Positions 20,224 to 27,086 of a DNA stretch of 37,985 nucleotides are shown piece after piece (the first letter of the stretch is position 1; the number at the start of each line of letters is the position of its first letter). Origin of the DNA: a bacterium (GTDB lineage Bacteria > SZUA-182 > DTGQ01); the NCBI GenBank assembly GCA_040752695.1, contig JBFMGO010000047.1:1-37985 (forward strand). Direction: 5' to 3'. A program made the position numbers and the translations under genes. The notes beneath the pieces were generated by a model that made no database searches, was not told the origin of the DNA, and saw only the letters and a program-made list of their open reading frames with translations.

Positions 20224-20361
20224 TTATTTATTCCTCACTTGCTCCTGGTTTACTTGACCCTGCCCTTTATCTCCTCGGTGTTGGCCTCCACTGGCAAAAG
20301 CAGGAACTGCTACCGAGCCTAAAAATGCCACAACCAATAAAATCAAAACCGCTTTTTTCAT
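20224..20361 (-). CDS. 45-aa secreted micropeptide (absent from the ORF track)
   Basis: AAAGGAG then ATG; MKKAVLILLVVAFLGSVAVPAFA/SGGQHRGDKGQGQVNQEQVRNK* with a canonical Sec signal and AFA cleavage site. Confidence 0.85.
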   Translation of the reverse strand: MKKAVLILLVVAFLGSVAVPAFASGGQHRGDKGQGQVNQEQVRNK

Positions 20362-20450
20362 AGGTATTTCTCCTTTTTAGTGATGGTCTGTCAGTATTCA
20401 AGGATGGTCTATCGATACAGTCTCTCGATATAGTTTATCAATATAGAGAA

Positions 20451-20479
20451 ATTATACCAATAATGGTTGCGTTTTTCTA
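20451..20479 (-). promoter_or_regulatory. sigma70 promoter of the micropeptide gene
   Basis: TAGAAA-N17-TATAAT with a TG extended -10. Confidence 0.55.
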
Positions 20480-20608
20480 TATCTATTATCCACTACCTGA
20501 TATTTTCGAGGCTCATTCACCTTGCTTGGTTTAAACTGAAAGAGCTGTCAAGAAATGAGATCAGGATTATCGAGCTCCAGGGACATGATGAGGAGCATGA
20601 TCGTGAGA

Positions 20609-20652
20609 GGGGACAACCAGCAGGTTTTTTGAAAAACGGGTTGGTTGTCCCC
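20609..20652 (-). terminator. Hairpin just downstream of cooS (possible terminator or 3' stabiliser)
   Basis: GGGGACAACCA ... TGGTTGTCCCC 11-bp arms about 15 nt past the stop; weak U-tract. Confidence 0.5.
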
Positions 20653-20666
20653 GATTTTACAAAAAA

Positions 20667-22925
20667 TTAATCAAGGCAATTCGGTTTTTTGAGATACTTG
20701 TTAAATAAGCAAAGAGCATCCTCGGGAGTAACCTCGCCATCTTTGTTTACATCTGCACCATCGGGGCAGGGTTCACCAGGTTTCATAAAGCATTTATAGG
20801 CGATCAGGGCATCCACCGGGGTGATCTGTCTATCTCCATTAAGGTCTCCATTGCAGGCACTTACCGGCAGGCCGAGATTCCGACGTTTTTCGTTCACCAC
20901 GCTTATCAGGGTATCGGCTGCTTTTTCAGGATCTTGTTCTACGTAAAATTTCCCTCCGGTAAGGGTTTCCACTCCATTGGTCAGGAGATTAACTAAATTT
21001 TGGCTTCCACTGATATAGGGCTGTGCTCCTATATGGGTAAAGATACCGAGATCGACAGCCCATGTGCCGATGGAAACAGCTTTTTCAGTGATAAATTCAG
21101 GAGCGGAAGCAGCTATGGGCAACTGGCTGTTCTGGACGTTTAAGTAACCGGCGACCGCATTCACCACATCTTCAATTCTGCTGTTATCTACACACGATCC
21201 CATATGCCAGCAGGCAGGCAGGGCTTCGAGTCCATTTGCCTTGGCCACTGCCTGTAAAACCGCCTTGAGCCCGTCACCCACACCAGGATAAGCAGGGTCT
21301 GCGGTGAGAAACCCATATTGTCCGGCCACATGCCCCCAGCATCCTGTTCCGACCACCAGGATATCCTCTGCCAAAAGCCTCCTGGTTATCGTAACATGGC
21401 GATAACCGTATGTATCACGGGGAGTTACACAGCCTACAACAGCAACGATGCCGCGAATATTATTGGCAGCGATGTTGTCTACCAACGGCTTTAAGGGATT
21501 CGTCGGATTTACGGCTGAAAGGGCCTGAAGGATTTGTTCAACCGAGAAACCAGCCACAATGTCTCTGGGAGGAATATCGGGAATATATACTTTGGAGTGA
21601 TTTCTGTTCCGGAAGTTTTGAACAGCAGCTTGTACAATTTCCCGGGCAACGGTATCTGCATTCTGAGGTTCGAATTCAATGTGGGTAGCGCCGGTAATCC
21701 TGGCGTGTGGATTAGTGGTTATGATTTTGGTATGGAACGAAGACGCAACCCTCTGTATATTCGGAATAATGCATTGGACATCTACGACCATTGCCTCTAC
21801 AGCGCCGGTAACTATGGCCAATTCCTGTTGCACCATAGTGCCGGCAGCATTAACACCTTTTCTCATGAGGACTTCATTCCCCGTACAACACATGCCCACG
21901 ACATTGATAGGCACAGATGGCCCGGAAAGATTATAGGTATTGGCTGCCTCGACGATCTTTTCCGATAAGATCGGCTCATGTCCGTGGATCACCAGGTTGA
22001 TTTTATCTCTCTCGATTACCGTAAGATTTGCTTTGGCAGTCACCAGGGACGGCGTACCAAAGATAACATCCTGGAGGTTAGTAGCCATATGCATTCCGCA
22101 ATAGCCATCAACCAACCCAAGCTTGAGTCCGCACGTCGCCAGATGGGCCATATCAGCATCGACACCCATATGAGTCCTGTGCTGTGCTTCACTGATTTCT
22201 GCACCTGCACCGGTCGGAAGAATGCCCAGGGATGTCCATAGTTTTTTCCGTTCACTGCTGGCCCGGTATTCAAGCCAGGCAGGAACGCCTTCGCTTTTAC
22301 CCAAATCTTCCAGACTCTTTTCAGCTACGGCAAGTGCCTTATTCGTTCCACTGCAACCTAATCCCGTATAAATGGCTTCCAGTTTTGCCGTGTCTACAAC
22401 ACGATAGCCGGTAATCGTTCCCAAGGCCACTGCCTTCAGTGTCCTGGCTGCCGCTCTGGCATGTTCGACATGAGCAGCCGTACCTCCGGCAATACGCCGT
22501 ATTAAATCCCGGGCAGCGATAACATCTGCGGTTGCACCGCAGGTGCCCCTTTCCTCACCCGTAGCTTTTCCCAGTGTGCATGGCCCCATCTGACAACGGA
22601 AACAGCACAGCCCGGCGGCTCCGGCAGTTCCTTTATGAGACCATTCGCAGGGAGCACCTCTATCCCAGACAAGGTCGATGCCGAGGCTTTCTGCACGCTC
22701 CCTCAGATCCTCGGTGATCTGGTCAGGGATAAAAGAGGGTGGCGGAGGTGCCTGATTATGACAGCCAAAACAGCTCCATCCTGTTGGCTGGGCAGCCATG
22801 GCGGTTTCTGCTACAGCAAGCGTTATTCCTGACGCTGTGGCCAGTTTGATGAAATTCCGGCGGCTTACACTCCCATTTTTCAACATATCCAGTAATAAGT
22901 GCATAAAATTTTGATCTTCTTTCAT
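20667..22925 (-). CDS. cooS: Ni,Fe carbon monoxide dehydrogenase catalytic subunit with Tat signal, CxxCH motif and C-terminal dockerin-like domain
   Basis: B-cluster C108-C111-C116-C129; H152/H155; C-cluster motifs HGHEP, MCCTGNE, VDVQC, VVGC, GTGC, HMGSCVDN; catalytic Lys in TEKA. Extra SRRNFIK, CFGCH, and GDLNGDRQITPVDA / ADVNKDGEVTPEDA. Confidence 0.95.
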   Translation of the reverse strand: MKEDQNFMHLLLDMLKNGSVSRRNFIKLATASGITLAVAETAMAAQPTGWSCFGCHNQAPPPPSFIPDQITEDLRERAESLGIDLVWDRGAPCEWSHKGTAGAAGLCCFRCQMGPCTLGKATGEERGTCGATADVIAARDLIRRIAGGTAAHVEHARAAARTLKAVALGTITGYRVVDTAKLEAIYTGLGCSGTNKALAVAEKSLEDLGKSEGVPAWLEYRASSERKKLWTSLGILPTGAGAEISEAQHRTHMGVDADMAHLATCGLKLGLVDGYCGMHMATNLQDVIFGTPSLVTAKANLTVIERDKINLVIHGHEPILSEKIVEAANTYNLSGPSVPINVVGMCCTGNEVLMRKGVNAAGTMVQQELAIVTGAVEAMVVDVQCIIPNIQRVASSFHTKIITTNPHARITGATHIEFEPQNADTVAREIVQAAVQNFRNRNHSKVYIPDIPPRDIVAGFSVEQILQALSAVNPTNPLKPLVDNIAANNIRGIVAVVGCVTPRDTYGYRHVTITRRLLAEDILVVGTGCWGHVAGQYGFLTADPAYPGVGDGLKAVLQAVAKANGLEALPACWHMGSCVDNSRIEDVVNAVAGYLNVQNSQLPIAASAPEFITEKAVSIGTWAVDLGIFTHIGAQPYISGSQNLVNLLTNGVETLTGGKFYVEQDPEKAADTLISVVNEKRRNLGLPVSACNGDLNGDRQITPVDALIAYKCFMKPGEPCPDGADVNKDGEVTPEDALCLFNKYLKKPNCLD

Positions 22926-23179
22926 AACCTTTACACCCTCGATCCTTACGAAAAAGAGTCAATCTATGAGGTATTGATACCTGTCATTGAGAAATTTATT
23001 ATTACTGTTCATCTCCTCTCTGTATATTGAGTGCCTGTCCTGAAACTCCTTTCCAGATGAATAATTGAACCTTTTGCCAATGGCTTGGGATAGCCTCTGA
23101 ATATTCCTATGATGTTGTTGTTAGTTCAGGTCAGCTATAGACTTTATGCTCATGGTCTTACTCTTCAGTCATTATTTAG

Positions 23180-23195
23180 AGCATAATTTGTGCCA
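23180..23195 (-). promoter_or_regulatory. sigma54 (-24/-12) promoter upstream of cooS
   Basis: Minus strand TGGCACAAATTATGCT: GG-N10-GC with TGGCAC and TGCT. Confidence 0.65.
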
Positions 23196-23441
23196 TATTT
23201 ACATAAAGGCCAGCTTCATTTGAGAACTTATCAGTGTCGAGCAGATTATGTTAATGCTTAATTTGATAAATGGGGTGCGGAAAACTTGGATCCATGTTGG
23301 AGATGAGCGTTTAGAACCGCTTTTTTCTCTCTTCCAGAAAGTGGTAAGGTGATAAAGTGATCGCTCATGTCCATTTTCGGTGAAAAGCCGGGTAGTTCAG
23401 CAACTTCATCATTCTGAAGGGTTAGCTTCTTGCCAGCAGGG

Positions 23442-24221
23442 CTAATCTTCAGCCATTAGGTTTAATCTTCTGCCGTTTGGGGAGAAAAGAGGATAGTGCT
23501 TGAGTCCCATTTTCTGCATTCGAAACATTATGGATGTTCTGATAACACCCACGCCGTACATAACGCTCCGCCGAAAGCTTATGGAGGAAGACTCTCCAGC
23601 TATATAACGGGTCGGGCAGGAAACTTCCCCAATTTTAAAGCCGAAGTAAATTGCCTGGGCCAGTATTTCATTGTCGAAGATGAAGTCGTCGGAATTCTCC
23701 TCAAGGGGGAGGTTCTCGATCACTTTTCTGGAAAAAGCACGATACCCGGTATGGTATTCGGACAGTTTTTTCCCGATCAGATAGTTCTCAAAGCAGGTTA
23801 AAAAGCGGTTTCCCAAATATTTATATGCGGGCATTCCGCCGTCCAGGGCACTGTTGCCAAGGATCCTAGAGGCCAGAACAAGGTCATACTGCCCCACGCC
23901 GATGAGCGAGGCCAGCGCATAGATCAGTCTGGGAGTATACTGATAATCGGGATGCAGCATGACGATAATATCCGCACCCAGTGAGAGAGCTGTAGTATAG
24001 CACGTTTTTTGATTTCCGCCATAACCCCGATTCTTAGGATGTCGAATAACCGTGCTCAACCCCAGTTTCCGGGCTACCTCAAGGGTGTCATCCTGACTGG
24101 CATCATCCACTAAAACCACATCGTCCACGATATCGAAAGGGATTTCCCGGTACGTCTGCATCAGAGTTCTGGCCGCATTGTAAGCAGGCATAACTACCAC
24201 AACTTTCTTATCCTGAAACAT
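23442..24221 (-). CDS. Family 2 glycosyltransferase (DPM1-like polyprenol-phosphate sugar transferase)
   Basis: VVMPAYNA, LVDDASQD, NRGYGGNQK, HPDYQY, GYRAF. GGAGG lies before ATG 24221. Confidence 0.92.
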   Translation of the reverse strand: MFQDKKVVVVMPAYNAARTLMQTYREIPFDIVDDVVLVDDASQDDTLEVARKLGLSTVIRHPKNRGYGGNQKTCYTTALSLGADIIVMLHPDYQYTPRLIYALASLIGVGQYDLVLASRILGNSALDGGMPAYKYLGNRFLTCFENYLIGKKLSEYHTGYRAFSRKVIENLPLEENSDDFIFDNEILAQAIYFGFKIGEVSCPTRYIAGESSSISFRRSVMYGVGVIRTSIMFRMQKMGLKHYPLFSPNGRRLNLMAED

Positions 24222-24230
24222 AATAACCTC

Positions 24231-24307
24231 CATTAGGCATAGGGCACAACGCACAAGGCATAACCCACAAGGCATAAGACACAACGCACAGTACATAACG
24301 CATAAGG
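24231..24307. repeat. Heptamer tandem array, 11 copies of CAYAASG-like units
   Basis: cattagg cataggg cacaacg cacaagg cataacc cacaagg cataaga cacaacg cacagta cataacg cataagg. Confidence 0.9.
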
Positions 24308-24549
24308 GATGATTCATTATACTATAGTATACAATATGCTCCGAAAAAAGGCCAAAAATCCCGCAATCTCCCTATAAGCGGGCACCCGATCCAGCTTCTG
24401 AGTTTGTTCCCGGTGCCTCCTGCACCGCTCCCGGCAGTTACAACCACACCAGCCAATAACCATTAGAGCCGCAACAGCTCTATTACCGACAGGAGAGGAA
24501 TAGCCGAACGCCGCCCTTGCTCTCACAAAACCAATACACGAGATAATAG

Positions 24550-24579
24550 TTGACAAACTCTTCTGAATATGAATACAAT
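24550..24579 (+). promoter_or_regulatory. sigma70 promoter of larBC
   Basis: TTGACA-N18-TACAAT, ending 5 nt before the larB ATG. Confidence 0.65.
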
Positions 24580-24584
24580 TCCCT

Positions 24585-25469
24585 ATGAATCCTGCACACA
24601 TTCGGAGCATATTAGAGGCTGTTCAACAGGGAACGACCGGAATCGACGAGGCTCTTGGCGTGCTGAAAAACCTCCCTTACGAGGATCTTGGCTTTGCCAA
24701 GCTGGACCACCACCGGCATATCCGCAGAGGGTTTCCAGAAGCGGTTTTTTGCCCGGGGAAATCCATAGAGCAGATTGTCTCCATTGCCCAAAGGATCACT
24801 GCCACAGGATCGACTCTTCTGGCCACCAAGGCCGGCGCGGAAATCTACGAAGCCATCCGGGCCATTGCTCCTTGCGCCCGCTATTACCCGCAAGCCCGGA
24901 TGATTGTCGTGCAAAAGGAGCCGCCCTCTCAAAAAGGCCATGTTTTGATCCTGTCTGCCGGTACGGCCGATATTCCCATTGCCCAGGAAGCGGCTGTTAC
25001 GGCCGAGGCCCACGGCAGCAGAGTAACCAGTCTTTTTGATGTCGGCGTGGCAGGCATTCATCGATTACTGAGCCATCAGCATCTTCTTGACCAGGCGAGG
25101 GTTATTGTCGTAGCCGCCGGTATGGAGGGTGCTCTGGCCAGCGTGGTTGGCGGACTGGTCAACAAGCCGGTTATTGCTGTGCCTACCAGTATCGGATATG
25201 GTGCCAATTTCAAAGGGGTGGCTGCGCTCCTGACCATGCTCAACAGTTGTGTAGGCGGTGTAGCTGTAGTCAATATCGATAATGGCTACTCAGCAGGCTG
25301 CATCGCCCACCTGATCAATGTCCTGCCAGAGGATGCAGAGGATACAAGGGAGCCGGCACCAGCACCGACAGCAGAGGCGAAAGGAAGGTGCCCAGAGGAA
25401 GGAGATGAGAGAGCACTGATGCAAGGGAAAAGACAAGAGGAAAATGGCAAGAAGGAGAAAACTGATTGA
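24585..25469 (+). CDS. larB: Nickel-pincer cofactor biosynthesis protein LarB
   Basis: LDHHR..RRGFPEAVF, AGTADIP, DVGVAGIHRL, AGMEGAL, VPTSIGYG, MLNSC, VNIDNG. Confidence 0.95.
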   Translation: MNPAHIRSILEAVQQGTTGIDEALGVLKNLPYEDLGFAKLDHHRHIRRGFPEAVFCPGKSIEQIVSIAQRITATGSTLLATKAGAEIYEAIRAIAPCARYYPQARMIVVQKEPPSQKGHVLILSAGTADIPIAQEAAVTAEAHGSRVTSLFDVGVAGIHRLLSHQHLLDQARVIVVAAGMEGALASVVGGLVNKPVIAVPTSIGYGANFKGVAALLTMLNSCVGGVAVVNIDNGYSAGCIAHLINVLPEDAEDTREPAPAPTAEAKGRCPEEGDERALMQGKRQEENGKKEKTD

Positions 25470-26824
25470 AAATTCTCTATTTTGATTGCTACTCCGGCAT
25501 CAGCGGCGATATGATCCTGGGTGCTCTCAATGCCTTAGGAGTGGATAGCAGGTGGCTGAGCGGGCAATTACAATCACTTCCTCTTGAGGGAGTCTCCCTG
25601 GAGCCGCAAACCGTTTCCAGGGGAGCACTGACCGGCACTCTCATGAAAGTCTGCATACCGGACCCTGACCGCCACCCCCGTCAACCCGTCCATCAGCCAG
25701 ACCAGCCCCATCAGCCAGACCAGCATGATCAGTCAAACCAGCCTGATCAGTCCCATCCCCCCCATCACCCACGAAGAACCCTGGCCGACTTTGTCAATCT
25801 CTTGCAGCAAAGCACGCTTTCGGAGGATATCCGCAGTTCGGCGATCAGGGTCTTTACTGCCATTGCTCAGGCAGAGGCCAGGATTCATGGGAAGGATATT
25901 GAAGAGATTCACTTTCACGAACTGGGCTACCTGGATTCGGTGGTTGACATTGTCGGGGCCTTACTAAGCATCAAGGCCCTGGGAATCGAAAAAATTTTTT
26001 CTTCTCCCCTGCATCTTGGCAGTGGCTTTACCTCCACAGAGCATGGAACGATCCCTGTCCCGGCACCTGCCACCCTGGAACTTCTGGCCGGTATTCCCGT
26101 ATACTCCACCGGAATTTCTCATGAACTGGTAACGCCCACCGGCGCCGGGCTCATTTCCACGCTGGCTGCCGGCTTTGGACCCATGCCCTCTTTTTCCATT
26201 GAAAAGACAGGCTATGGTGCAGGCACCAGGGAATTAACGCAGATACCAAATTTCCTTCGGGTCGTCATGGGAACTATGGATACTGCGCAAGCGATCGATA
26301 CCATGGAAACAATCAGAACCTTGGGAACTCCGGCAGCCATGGAAGCTCAAGCAGCCACAAGAACCCCATTTTCAGACTGGCGGATGGAGCGCATATCCAC
26401 GCTGGAAACCGACATCGACGATATGAACCCGGAGTACTACGACCATATCATCGCCCGGCTTTTCGCAGCCGGAGCACTGGATGTCACGCTTATCCCTGTT
26501 ATCATGAAAAAAAACCGGCCCGCCACCCGCCTGAGCGTACTCACCTCACCCGCCCTGAGCGATGAGTTGTGCTCAATAATCGTTCAGGAAACCTCTACCC
26601 TGGGCATTCGCATCAAAGAGGGCTGGAGAAAAGTCATAGACCGGGAAATCATCCAGGTGCACTCTCCCTTTGGTCCCATTCGGGTCAAGATTGGAAAGGT
26701 AAACGGAAAAATGGTCACAGCCTCACCGGAATATGAAGACTGCCGGCACATTGCCCTGAAGGTGAACCGCCCCCTGAAGGAGATCTATCAGGAGGCCCTT
26801 AAATCCATTCCATACAGTTTCTGA
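25466..26824 (+). CDS. larC: Nickel insertase LarC (fused LarC1/C2)
   Basis: YFDC.SGISGDM, HFHE, HG.IPVPAPAT, ELVTPTGA, ETDIDD, MKKNRP, ETSTLGIR, PEYEDC. TTG start overlaps the larB stop. Confidence 0.95.
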   Translation: MKILYFDCYSGISGDMILGALNALGVDSRWLSGQLQSLPLEGVSLEPQTVSRGALTGTLMKVCIPDPDRHPRQPVHQPDQPHQPDQHDQSNQPDQSHPPHHPRRTLADFVNLLQQSTLSEDIRSSAIRVFTAIAQAEARIHGKDIEEIHFHELGYLDSVVDIVGALLSIKALGIEKIFSSPLHLGSGFTSTEHGTIPVPAPATLELLAGIPVYSTGISHELVTPTGAGLISTLAAGFGPMPSFSIEKTGYGAGTRELTQIPNFLRVVMGTMDTAQAIDTMETIRTLGTPAAMEAQAATRTPFSDWRMERISTLETDIDDMNPEYYDHIIARLFAAGALDVTLIPVIMKKNRPATRLSVLTSPALSDELCSIIVQETSTLGIRIKEGWRKVIDREIIQVHSPFGPIRVKIGKVNGKMVTASPEYEDCRHIALKVNRPLKEIYQEALKSIPYSF

Positions 26825-26868
26825 CCATTCCACCCAAATCCATACAGTTTTTGACCATCCCACCCAAA
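26809..26868. repeat. 30-bp tandem duplication spanning the larC stop codon
   Basis: TCCATACAGTTTCTGACCATTCCACCCAAA / TCCATACAGTTTTTGACCATCCCACCCAAA (2 mismatches). Confidence 0.9.
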
Positions 26869-26933
26869 TTCCGGTCCATCTTCCCAAATCTGTCCCTTTA
26901 TCCTCATATTCAGTAATATATATGTATCTGACC

Positions 26934-26962
26934 TTGACATTTGATTAATCTGATTGTACAAT
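26934..26962 (+). promoter_or_regulatory. sigma70 promoter of galT
   Basis: TTGACA-N17-TACAAT. Confidence 0.75.
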
Positions 26963-27086
26963 TTTATAATAATGTGTTAATAATCAGGGGGAATTAATAA
27001 GAACAAGTAATAAAAACAAGCAATAAGAACAGGCAACAAACAACGGGAACAAGCAACAGGAAGGAATAACAAAGGGGGGGCATAAC

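Noticed and set aside
20667..22925. Alternative call as hybrid-cluster protein or inactive CODH
   Set aside because: All six C-cluster ligand motifs, the adjacent CC pair and the catalytic His/Lys match CooS.
24222..24317. Cys-rich N-terminal extension of the glycosyltransferase (CALCL repeats)
   Set aside because: Translation artefact of the heptamer array; the SD supports ATG 24221.
24317..24610. 97-aa minus-strand ORF with CGCNC
   Set aside because: Overlaps the larB start and promoter; no SD or family signal.
25466..26824. Programmed frameshift in larC as in Lactiplantibacillus
   Set aside because: One continuous frame contains both LarC1 and LarC2 motifs.
16567..26868. Direct repeats as CRISPR arrays or prophage att sites
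   Set aside because: At most two long copies each, no unique spacers of constant length, and no cas, integrase or transposase genes.
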